From the NCBI RefSeq assembly GCF_009914755.1, contig NC_060944.1: a stretch of DNA of 64,000 nucleotides; one strand, 5' to 3'. Below are positions 15,080-25,769 of the stretch, piece by piece; position 1 is the stretch's first letter; each line of letters starts with the position of its first letter. Both the position numbers and the translations under genes were made by a program. The stretch is from the human T2T-CHM13v2.0 reference genome, Homo sapiens. The notes below the pieces were generated by a model. The model was not told where the DNA came from and made no database searches. It was given only the letters and a program-made list of their open reading frames with translations.

Positions 15080-16113
15080 TAATGGCAGCAGTGGCCCATC
15101 TAGAGTGACCACTGCCAAGACACTGGCTACAGTGAGGAGGCGCAGCTGGACCTCCCACTGAGAGCAGGCAGGAGCTCCACCCTCCCCAGGTGCCACTGCA
15201 GCTCCCCTGGTGTGGCTCCAGGCGTCTCTGTGCTCTTGGGGGACCAGGGAGGCCCCCCTGCCCCCTGCAGACTCAGAAGTGCCTGCTCCTACTGCGTGGC
15301 TTCTCTCCGCTTTCAGTGTCCTTTCCAATCTCAGAGGCATGGCCAGTGCTGCACACTCCATGAAGCTGGCAGGAACCAGGGACAAGCAGGAGCCCTGCCC
15401 CTTCTGAGTTGGTGGGGCAGGAGCTCCCAGGTGCAGCTGCAGCTGCCCAAGCCCAGCTATGGACCCAAGCATCTCTGTGCTCTTGGGGTCCTGGGAAGGC
15501 TTCCTCCCCATTGCAGGCTGGGAAGTGCCTGCCCCCACTGCCTGTCCTCTCCCCACTCCCAGGACCTGCTCCAATCATGGAGCAAGGTTGGGGCCAAGCC
15601 TGGGCACTGTCACAGCCTGGCCAGGTGGGCACATGCTTGGGGCAGTGCTGCCATGCCATCCCCCTGCTACCTGGGCCCCCTCTTGACTTTGAGCACCAAT
15701 AAGCACAGGAGGGAAGCTAGGAGGAGGCTAAGGAGCTACCCTCTCCAGGGCCTCCTCTCTGCTGAGAGCAGCAAATGTTGGGTGACCAGCTGCAGAGAGG
15801 AGTTACCCTCTCTGCTGAGAGCTGAACACTCTTTGGGATGACCTGCCTGCAGAGAGGAACCACCCACTCCAGGGCCTCCTCTCTGCTAACAGCTGAACAC
15901 TCAATGGGATGACCTGACTACAGAGAGGAGCTACCCACTGCAGGTCTCCCCTGAGCTGTTCTAACACTCAATAAATCTCCTCTTTGTCTTGCTCACCCTC
16001 TGCTTGTCTGCATACTTCATTCTTCCTGGATGCAGGACAAGAATTCAGGCAAAAGCGCCATCAGGCACAGAGGTTTCTGGCCAGAAAAGCAACACCCCAA
16101 AAATCCTGTACGA
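15080..16113 (+). mobile_element. MER52-family 5' LTR (about 300-bp internal deletion relative to the 3' LTR)
   Basis: Begins 'taatggcagcagtggcccatctagagtg' and is homologous to 19776-21006. Has 'cagagaggagctaccc' repeats and AATAAA at 15970. Confidence 0.9.
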
Positions 16114-16117
16114 TTTG

Positions 16118-16136
16118 TGGGGGGCTCGTCTGGGAT
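16118..16136 (+). promoter_or_regulatory. Retroviral primer-binding site (tRNA-Pro)
   Basis: 'tggggggctcgtctgggat' versus the canonical TGGGGGCTCGTCCGGGAT, immediately after the 5' LTR. Confidence 0.9.
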
Positions 16137-17189
16137 CTGCAGAAGGTTGAGTAAAAGCAGATCTTTCTGTCCTTTTTTTTTTTTTTGGAGTCTCTAAACT
16201 ACACAGCAGTCAAAATGAAAGAAAAATACCAGGCCTCTGTTAGCCAGTTAAAAGTGACTAGCGTGGGTGCTGCACAAGACACAGAATACAGGCTTGCTGG
16301 GGAGGACACTGTCAATCCCCCATCCCCCTCACGGGCTGGAAACATTGGCTTTGTTCCAACCCAGTTTTTCTTCACAAGGGTCTGGCCACAGCATGGGACC
16401 AGAAAGAGGTCCTGGGTAGGGCAACTGAGGGTATTTGACTGAGGCTACACCTCAGTGTTATCCAAAGGCCCCTGGACTAACTCCTGTCCCCAGCCACCGA
16501 TTAGGATGTCAGCACTAGGAGCTCCATCTTACCTATCATTTTTTCTTTCTTTTGCAGCTATCATGGTTCCTAATTCTTCTTTATATACAATATTAAATGT
16601 TAAGGATATTGTTGAAAATGACAGAAATATTACTGGGTAGAATGAGCATTTGGCTTAGTCATCAGGAGCGTACATGAGAACAATGTGGTGTCTGTCGTTT
16701 CTTAGAAGTAAGGAGGATATAACAATTGAGAGTTTTCTTTCCCCTGTTGAAGGAGCTCACATGCATAGGGCAAGAGGCTTTTTTTCCCCAGGCACCTTCC
16801 CCTCCCCTGCACTTAACTTGTCCTTTTGGGAGGCACCTAGTTGAGCCAGGACCCCAATTCCCAGGACTCCCTTTCTCTCCCTTGGTAGAGGAGGACATGG
16901 TCCCACAGCTTATGATAGGGAAGCAACAGAGGGGCTGCCCCACCAGCTGCTGGCTATAATTTGGCAAGAGCCACCTGGGACTAATTCAATGAGTCCATAC
17001 ATCCTTCTGAGGCACCTTTTTTCCCCCAAGCTTCAGTTTGAGGCCCTAGAAAGGAAAACTAGATCTGAGGGCTCCAGAGGCAGAAGACAGCAGAAGTCAA
17101 GGTGCACAGCACAGGTGAGCAGTCCAGTTAAGAATCTGTCCCTCCCTAAACCCAGCCACTTTCCTCCCAGAGGGAGCTGGGGAGCTTGA

Positions 17190-19240
17190 ACATGACTACG
17201 AACAGATAGTAGTGCCAACTTACGAGACCAGAGAGGACCTCAAAGAAACCCCCTTAGAGAACTCAGGATGCATTCTCTTTATGGACAGAAGTTTCTTTGT
17301 GGAGCAAAGAATCCATAAGGTGGGGTATGCAGTAGTCATTCTGAATGATGTTATTGAGAGTATGCCTCTCTCCTCGGGCACAAGTGCTCAACTAGCTGAG
17401 CTAATTGCCTCACGAGGACACTTGAATTAAGCAAGGGGAAAACGGTTAACATTTATACTGATTCTAAGTATGCTTTCCCAGTCCTCCATGACTACGCCAC
17501 TATCTGGAAAGAGAGGGACTTCCTCATAGCCAGTGGGTCTCCCATTAAATACCAGCAGGAAATCAACAGACTATTATCTTCAGTCTTTCTTCCATGGGAA
17601 GTGGCAGTAATACATAGTAAAGGCCATCAGAAAGGGAGAGATGAAGTAGCCAAGTGAAATAAGTTGGCAGACCAAACAGCTAAGTCAGCAGTGAGAGGGC
17701 CTCAGATTTCTGATCCACTAGAGGCCCCTATGATCTGGGAAGGCACCACAAAGGAAATAAAACCTCAGTATTCTTCTGTGGAGATAGAATGGGCTGCTTC
17801 TCAGGGATATACCCTTCAGAGCTCAGGAAGGCTGCAATCAGGGGACAGCAAGATTCATCTACAAGGTTCCAGCCAATGGAAAGTCCTTATAATCTTCCAC
17901 CAAGCCTTCCACCTAGGTAAGGATAAAACCTATCAAATGGCCCAAAGGTTGTTCTCTGGTAAAAATTTGCTAAAAACAATGATAGACTGGATTAAGAAAA
18001 TGTGGCACATATACACCATGGAATACTATGCAGCCATAAAAAAGGATGAGTTCATGTCCTTTGTAGGGACATGGATGAAGCTGGAAACCATCATTCTCAG
18101 CAAACTATTGCAAGGACAAAAAAACCAAACACCGCATGTTCTCACTCATAGGTGGGAATTGAACGATGAGAACACATGGACACAGGAAGGGGAACATCAT
18201 ACACCGGGGCCTGTTGTGGGGTGGGGGGAGGGAGGAGGGATAGCATTTGGAGATATACCTAATGTTAAATGACGAGTTACTGGGTGCAGCACACCAGCAT
18301 GGCACATGTATACATATGTAACTAACCTGCACATTGTGCACATGTACCCTAAAACTTGAAGTACAATAAAAAAAATTTGCTAAAAACAAACAGGTCATTA
18401 ATGCTTGTGAGACTTGCCTTAAAAATAATCCCCTCAACCAATGGCTTCTCCACCCTGCAACCCAAAGAATAGGAGGCTACCCAGCGGAAGAGTGGCAGAT
18501 GGATTTCACCCATATGCCAAAGACAAAGGGCATCCAGTACCTCCTAGTATGGGTAGATACCTTCACTAACTTGGTAGAAGCATTTCCATGTCAAACAGAG
18601 AAAGCCTCTGAGGTGATAAAAGTACGCATTAACAAAATGATGCCTTGCTTTGGACTTCCTAAGTAGGTCCACAGTGGTAATAGCCCCTGGTTCAAGGTGG
18701 CTGTCATGCAAGGGTCCTCAAAGGCACTAGGCATAAAATTCTATCTTCATTGTGCTTGGAGACCACAATCCTTGGAAAAGGTAGAGAAGAGAAATGATAT
18801 TATCAAAAGGCACCTAGGAAACTGGCTCAAGAGACTCATCTCCCCTGAGTTACTCTTCTCCCCATAGCCCAACTATCTGTTACGAACACCCCTTCAAAGC
18901 TGGGTTTAAATCCTTTCGAAATGATGTATGAATGGCATTTTCTCACCAATGATTTCTTGCTAGACCAAGAAACCTCTGATTTAATTAAACATATAACCTC
19001 TTTGGCCCGTTTCCAAAAGGAACTGAAACAACTATCAGAGGCCCAACCCCGTGACCTGGAGCCCCCTCTATTCAACCCAGGGGACTCACCACTGGTAAAT
19101 GCTCTCCCTCTCCTTTCTCCCTCTCTACGCCTGGAATGAGAGGGACCTTACGCTGTACTTTTTTCTACTCCTACAGCAGTAAAGGTCACTGAAATAGATT
19201 CTTGTATTCCTTATACTCGAGTTAAGGCCTGGGAAACCAA
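17190..19240 (+). pseudogene. ERV pol remnant: RNase H plus integrase, disrupted
   Basis: REDLKETPLEN..LFMDRSF..GYAVV..SAQLAELIA (RNase H); HQAFHLG...CETC (HHCC); WQMDFTHMP..YLLVWVDTF; SGN (catalytic D mutated); VEK; EGPYAV..TPTAVKV (GPY motif). Stops and frameshifts present. Confidence 0.9.
17980..18370 (+). mobile_element. L1PA3/L1PA4 3' end, 5'-truncated, inserted in the ERV integrase
   Basis: ORF2 C-terminus MIDWIKKMWHIYTMEYY and L1 3'UTR. TSD 'aaaaatttgctaaaaacaa' at 17961-17979 and 18371-18389. Confidence 0.97.
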
Positions 19241-19529
19241 TGAAATTGCCTCTGTTGGTCCAGGAGAGCACCTAAAGTACTGGAGTGAGGAAATCAGGGA
19301 CTTCGAGCTAAAAAATCACCAAGATTAGCAAAAAGATAAGTGCTAATAATTAACCCTCCAGGGATATCCTATGCTTACTATTCTCAACTTTGTTCTGTTC
19401 CTCACTGTAGGCATCTTTGTCAAGGACCCTTCCCAAGGGATTATCTACTCCCCTAAACAGTTACTTCTCTTTTAAAATTTAACTGTCCCCATAGAAGATT
19501 CAATTTCTCCCACCAGTGTGAAACAGCCC

Positions 19530-19651
19530 ATCGCATACTTAACCTCCTTGTAAAATGTGTTTCTTCTCACCTAGAAGCCATTAAATTTCAAGTGGTCATG
19601 CAACTGGAGCCTCAGATGATGGCTCCTTTTTTACTGGGAACTCTTAGATAA
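19530..19651 (+). pseudogene. ERV env remnant (post-transmembrane cytoplasmic tail only)
   Basis: ILNLLVKCVSSHLEAIKFQVVMQLEPQM resembles gamma-type HERV-W/ERV9 Env tails. Confidence 0.75.
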
Positions 19652-19775
19652 GCCTCTGAGAGAGAACTGACTGCTGCTTTCCCCAAAATAATGCCCCCTG
19701 TCAGCATGAAGCAGTTAAGAGCAACCATCATCCCTATCCTAACAGCAGTTAGATGTACCTCTTTAGAAGGGGGAA

Positions 19776-21006
19776 TGATGGCAGTAGCGGCCCATCTAGA
19801 GTGGCCACTGCCAAGACACCAACTGCAGTGGGGAGGCACGGCTGGGCCTCCCTCTCCATGGAGCAGGCAGAAGCCCCATCCTTTCTGGTTGTTGCTGCAG
19901 CTGCCCTGGCATGGCTCAAGACCTGAATGTCTCTGTGCTCTTGGGGGCCTGGGGAGCTCAAAAGTGCCTGCTCCTGCTGCCTGGCTTCTCCCTGCTATCA
20001 GCAGCCTCTTCTTTACCAGAGCTGCACACTCCATGGAGCCAATGGGAGCTGGGGACAAACAGGAGCCCTACTGCTTCCAAGTTGGTGGGGCAGGAGCTCC
20101 CCAGGTGCAGATGCAGCTGCCTCAGCCTGGCTGCAGACCCAGGCATCTCTGTATTCTTAGGGGCCCAGGAAGGCCCCATTGTTCCCCACTGGTTCACGCC
20201 TGCCTGGCCTCTCCCTGCTCCCAGCACCCACTCTGATAGTGGAGCAAAGTTGGGGCCAAGCCTGGGCACTGTTGCAGCACAGCCAGGTGGACGCATGCTT
20301 GTGGCAGCACTGACACACCAGACCCCTGCCACCTTGGCCCCTTCCAGAATTTGGGCATCAATGAGCACAGGAGGGAAGCTGAGGAGGGGCTGAGGGCAGC
20401 TCAGCACTGTCCTGCAGGTGCCCCTTGGCACAAAGAGCCTAAGCACCATGAACAACAGGGGAGGCAGACAGGCTCCTGGGCAGAAGGAAAGGGGTCTCCA
20501 GTGAAGACCCACCTTCAGGCTGGAGAAGGCCTGGAGCCTGGGGGCCAGGCTGCCAGTCCTGCAGACTGGAGGGGGAACTCATGGTGCTTTTTCCTGCCCA
20601 TGATCCAATCACCAAACACTTCCTGCCTCTGAAGACGTTGAAACCCTGGACTCGGCCAGAGCAGAGCAGACATCAGGATGACCAGCTGCAGAGAGGAGCT
20701 ACTCACTCCAGGACCTCCTCTCTGCTGAGAGCTGCAAACAATGGGATGACCAGCTGCAGAGAGGAGCTACCCTCTCTGCTGAGAGGTGAACACTCATCAG
20801 GATGACCTGCCAACAGAGAGGAGCTACCCACTGCAGGTCTCCTCTGAGCTGTTCTAACACTCAATAAAGCTTCTCTTAGTTTTGCCCACCCTCCACTTGT
20901 GTGCGTTCCTCATTCTTCCTGGATGTGGGACAAGAATGAAGGCAAAGGCACCACTGGCCACACAGGTTTCCAGCCACAAAAGCAATACCCCAAAGATCTC
21001 GTAACA
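19776..21006 (+). mobile_element. MER52-family 3' LTR
   Basis: TG...CA termini directly after the PPT, AATAAA at 20863, homologous to the 5' LTR. Confidence 0.92.
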
Positions 21007-21033
21007 TTTTGATGGAAATAAATCAGTTGATAT

Positions 21034-21481
21034 TGTCAACTTTAAATAATGAGATTCAGAAACTATTATAGAGTTTATACAAGCACAAGCTTAAGGATGG
21101 CCACCTGGAAAACACAGGCTCCAAAAGAATGGGTCAGCATTGCAAAGTGGGAAAGTAAGATTTTTACTTATATAGACAGTGAATGGGGCTGCAACCCTCT
21201 CTACACGAGATCACTATACACGTTACAGTGATTTGATTGGTTACAGCTTGCTACGTTCCAAGGAAGAATGCTTTAACATTCCATGAGGAGGGGTGATGAT
21301 CTAAAGGGGTCTTATCCTTGGTGTCATCTCTGTGGCCTTTCCTAATCATTTATAGGAAAAAGCAGAAGTTGTAACTGCATGTTATGTGACTCAGACCACA
21401 TAGCCAGCCACCACATGCCTCTCAAGGCTCAAAATAGTTTAAAGCTTCAACTGCTTTAAGTCTGAATTATTTAATTTCACA
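21034..21481 (-). mobile_element. ERV1 (MER4-group) solo LTR
   Basis: TG...CA termini and near-TSD atat/acat. The reverse strand starts 'tgtgaaattaaataattcagacttaaagc'. Confidence 0.7.
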
Positions 21482-21509
21482 ACATCATTGAAAGTGACTA
21501 GGTTGAGGG

Positions 21510-21750
21510 CAGTGGTATCCTAGTAAATGTTTAACCACTAGCTCTCCAGGGAGAAATAAGCTTGGATTTAGAGCATTTGCCAATTTCTTTTGTGCAAATG
21601 CTCTCACCGTGGCTGATCTCAAGCTACTAACATGACACCATTCAAAGTGGACTTGGGAAGAGATGTGGAGCAGCAAACCATTGTATAAGATTTCCACCAT
21701 ACAGAGAAAGTAGACATATATAACATCAAAAGCATGAACAAAACTACAAT
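21510..21750. mobile_element. MER63-like hAT-Blackjack fragment
   Basis: Terminus 'cagtggtatcctagtaaatgtttaaccactagctctcc'. Confidence 0.55.
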
Positions 21751-21926
21751 GCAGTAAAATGTGTTTGCTTTCTCAACACTTGTATAAAGCTGCTGATATC
21801 CTGTATTGAAAGGCCACTTCACAAGAACATAACATGTAATAATGTTTAAAAACAACTTCAATGAAAGAACTTTAAGTCTTGATGTTATAAATGTTTCTCT
21901 CAAGTTGTTTTCATCAGGAGGACATG

Positions 21927-22187
21927 AAGGCTGAGGTGGGAGGATCAGCTGAGGCCATGAGTTTTGAGACCAGCCTGGGCAACATGAAAGGCCACATTTC
22001 TACAAAAAAAAAAAAAAAATCTTTTAAATTAGCCAGGCGTGGTGGCACATGCCTGTAGTCCCAGTTACTTGGGAGTCTGAGGTGGGAGAATCACCTGAGC
22101 CCGGGGAGGTCAAGGCTGCAGTGAGCTGTGACTGTGCTACTGCACTCCAGCCTGGGAGACAGAGTGAGACCTCATCTCAAAAAAAAA
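21927..22187 (+). mobile_element. AluJ, 5'-truncated
   Basis: 'gagcccggggaggtcaaggctgcagtgagctgtga' is AluJ-type. Confidence 0.9.
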
Positions 22188-22339
22188 TTTTTTTCAACTC
22201 TTCTCTAAGGACAAGTAGCAATCACTTTATGTATAAGAGTCTTCAATATTTTTAGTGTAACTAACAACATTGACAATGGCATAATAAATACATCATTTTG
22301 AAGAGAAGGGAAAAAAATGCAGTGACATAATTAAGAACT

Positions 22340-23480
22340 GATCTCAAAAACAAAATCTTGGTCTCAGAAACCATTCCCCACTAAAAACCAGAGCTCTTTG
22401 GAGAAGTGGCTGATTTCAGGGCTGGAGCAGGGAAAGTACAAGTATACCTGAAACATCTTGTTATAACAGAAAATAAGAAAGTGGTTGAAACAATAATGGC
22501 ATGTCAAAAGAAGCGGCTCCCACTGGGTAAATCTCAGGCAACTTGAGTACCAAAATGATTAAGGACAATAGTGAATTTAAAAAAACCATTGGGAAAGACA
22601 GGAATCCATGAGTGTGTACTGCTGAGAAATAGAAAGACAAATAAGTAAATACAAGAAAAATGAAAAGGAGAGGGGAGTAATATGGTTTGGATGTGTGTCC
22701 ACTCTGAATCTCATGGTGAAATGTGATCACCACTGCTGGAGATGGGACTTATGGGAAGTACTGGATCATGGAGCTAGATCCCTCATGAATGGCTTAGCCA
22801 TTGCTTGGTGATGAGTAAGTTCTTGCTCAGTTAGTTCACGTGAGATGTAGTTGTTTAAAAGAATCTGGGATCTCCTCCTTCTCTCTCTTGCTCCCTCTCT
22901 CACCATGTGATACACTGGCTCCCCTTCGCCTTCCACCATGATTGTATGCTCCCTGAAGCCCTCGCCAGAAGCAAATGCCAGCACCATGCTTCCTGTACAG
23001 ACTACGGAAAAATGAGCCAATTAAACTTATTTTCTTTATACATTGCCCACCCTCAGGTATTTCTTTATAGCAATGCAAAAACAAACTAACACAGGGAGGT
23101 TCTTATTTACAGAAGGATGTTAACTGCCAACTGGTAAATGTGCAGGAAGTGGCAGATTTGTAGAAATCATTGATTAATTCAGACAAAAATCATTAAAGAA
23201 TGCCAACTCTAGGGGAAAATTTTGATGAGAAACACTATATATGAGTGATCTTATAGTGTCTGTATACAAATTGCTTCTTTAATACAAGAAAAACAGTCTC
23301 TGTTCAGTGGAGAAGTTACCTAGGTGATAAAAGTTAACATCTCTAGTGAGGTGCAGGTGGACATAGTGTATCTACAGATGGGACAATCTAAGATGGTTAC
23401 AACATTACTACATAGTATCGCAAATAGAAATGGAAAGCCTGAATCTAACCATGAGAAAATTTAAAATAACTATCAAAAAG
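22340..23480 (+). mobile_element. L1MC/MD-type 3' region, split by an MST LTR
   Basis: 'ctttggagaagtggctgatttcagggctggagcaggg' and 'cctgaatctaaccatgagaaaa'. Confidence 0.65.
22678..23093 (+). mobile_element. MST (MSTB-like) MaLR solo LTR
   Basis: 'atatggtttggatg...caaactaacaca' with a perfect 5-bp TSD GGGAG. Confidence 0.9.
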
Positions 23481-23484
23481 GTAA

Positions 23485-25097
23485 CATCCATATACAGATA
23501 TAATATCTATAACATATATAGATATATGGATATAACATCCATATATAGATATATCTATATATCTATAGCTACATCTACAGATATCTATAGCTACATCTAC
23601 AGATATCTACAGATATCTATAGCTACATCTACAGATATCTACAGATATCTATAGCTACATCTACAGATATCTATAGCTACATCTACAGATATCTACAGAT
23701 ATCTACAGCTACATCTACAGATATCTATAGATATCTATAGCTATATCTACAGATATCTATCGATAGATATATCTATCGATAGATATATCCACATAGATAT
23801 CTAGATATATATGGATATATCTATAGATATCTATCTGGATATATCTATCGATAGATATATAGATATATATAGATAAAGCTATATAGATATATATAGATAA
23901 ACCTATATAGATACATAGATATATAGAGAGAAACCTATATACATATATAGATATATAGAGAGAAACCTATATAGATATATAGATATATAGAGATAAACCT
24001 ATATAGATGTATAGATAAACCTATATAGATATATAGATAAACCTATGTAGATATATAGATATATATAGATAAATCTATATAGATATATAAAATAGATAAA
24101 TCTATATAGATATATATACATAAATCTATATAGATATATATACATAAATCTATATATATACATAAATCTATATATACATAAATCTATATAGATATATATA
24201 CATAAATCTATATAGATATATATACATAAATCTATATAGATATATATACATAAATCTATATAGATATATACATAAATCTATATATATATACATAAATCTA
24301 TATAGATATATATACATAAATCTATATAGATACATATAGATAAATCTATACAGATATATAAATATATATAGATAAATCTATACAGATATATAGATACATA
24401 TAGATAAATCTATACAGATATATAGATACATATAGATAAATCTATACAGATATATAGATACATATAGATAAATCTATACAGATATATAGATACATATAGA
24501 TAAATCTATACAGATATATAGATACATATAGATAAATCTATACAGATATATAGATACATATAGATAAATCTATACAGATATATAGATACATATAGATAAA
24601 TCTATACAGATATATAGATACATATAGATAAATCTATACAGATATATAGATACATATAGATACATCTATATAGATATATTGATACATATAGATACATCTA
24701 TATAGATATATAGATATATAGATACATCTATATAGATATATATAGATACATCTATATATAGACATATAGATATATATAGATACATCTATATATAGATATA
24801 TAGATATATATAGATACATCTACACAGAGAGATATATAGAAACATCTACACAGGGAGATATATAGATACATCTACATAGAGAGATATATAGATACATCTA
24901 CATAGAGAGATATATAGATACATCTATATAGAGAGATATATAGATACATCTATATAGAGAGATATATAGATACATCTACATAGAGAGATATATAGATACA
25001 TCTACATAGAGAGATATATAGATACATCTACATAGAGATATATATAGATACATCTACATAGAGATATATATAGATACATCTACATAGAGATATATCT
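23485..25097. repeat. AT-rich compound minisatellite array 1 (about 1.6 kb)
   Basis: Successive unit blocks: ATAGCTACATCTACAGATATCT; about 24-bp TATAGATATATATACATAAATCTA; 32-bp TACAGATATATAGATACATATAGATAAATCTA; about 26-bp ATAGAGAGATATATAGATACATCTAC. Confidence 0.97.
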
Positions 25098-25140
25098 ACC
25101 TATACTTCCTGTGAGTTGTGTTTCTCTGGAGAACTAATAG
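25098..25140 (+). mobile_element. MLT2 LTR 3' terminus, opposite in orientation to the adjacent MLT2 body
   Basis: 'cctgtgagttgtgtttctctggagaactaata' resembles the MLT2 end 'cctattggttctgtttctctggagaaccctgactaataca'. Confidence 0.65.
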
Positions 25141-25141
25141 G

Positions 25142-25185
25142 TAGGGTGACTGTATAATTTACTCTCCATACTGGGACACTTTTAA
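25142..25185. mobile_element. MER94/Blackjack-type terminal fragment
   Basis: 'tagggtgactgtataattta...tgggacactttt'. Confidence 0.5.
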
Positions 25186-25249
25186 TCATTGCTATAATAC
25201 ATTAATTTTAATCTAATCTTCTTATCCCTTGCCCCCTTCCACTTCTGAG

Positions 25250-25282
25250 TATATAGATATATATAGATATATTTATATATAC

Positions 25283-25321
<39 letters not shown>

Positions 25322-25671
25322 TGTTTTAAGGAATTGGCTCACCCAATCATGGAGTCTTGGCAAATCTAAAATCTGTGGAGTAGTCCAACAGGCTGGAGAC
25401 CCAGGGAAGAGCCGCAGTTCAAGTCCAAAGGCCTTCAGTAGGCCAGCCTCCCTCTCCTTCTGGGGACCTCTGTCTTTTTCTATGAAGGCATTCAACTGGT
25501 TGGGTGAGGTTCACCCACAATTTGGAGGGTAATCTGCTTTACTAAAAGTCTACTTATTTAAATGCTAATCTCACCTGAAGAATCATTTCACAGAAACATC
25601 TAGAGTAATGTTTGACCTAATAGCTGGGTACCATGGCCCAGCCAAGTTGACACAAAAAATTTGCCATTACA
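25250..25671 (-). mobile_element. MLT2 (MLT2D-like) LTR body with internal (TA)(GA) microsatellite
   Basis: 'aaggaattggctcac...ggctggagacccagggaagag...ccagccaagttgacaca...ccattaca'. Confidence 0.88.
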
Positions 25672-25717
25672 CCATACATTGAACCAAAGTGGAAGGGGAT
25701 GAGATGAAATTCTACAG

Positions 25718-25769
25718 GCTCTCCCATATTAAACTCAGCAGCAGCTCTCCCATATTAAACTCAGCAGCC
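25718..25769 (+). repeat. 26-bp tandem duplication
   Basis: 'gctctcccatattaaactcagcagc' occurs twice. Confidence 0.9.

Larger units (their letters stand above)
16114..19775 (+). mobile_element. ERV1 internal region (MER52-int/HUERS-P type), defective
   Basis: Lies between paired LTRs. Contains the PBS, pol remnants, an env tail and the polypurine tract 'agaagggggaa' at 19765-19775. Confidence 0.9.

Noticed and set aside
15029-15841. Overlapping 100-209 aa ORFs on both strands (also 19612-20805)
   Set aside because: They lie in GC-rich MER52 LTRs, have no domain similarity, and are not preserved between the two LTR copies.
15730-15955. Regularly spaced 'cagagaggagctaccc' repeats with variable spacers, superficially CRISPR-like (also 20680-20850)
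   Set aside because: These are internal tandem repeats of the MER52 LTR. The spacers are related to each other, the context is eukaryotic and there are no cas genes.
18217-18239. G-quadruplex-like G-run (also about 55234-55255)
   Set aside because: This is the well-known G-rich tract of the L1PA 3'UTR and is not locus-specific.
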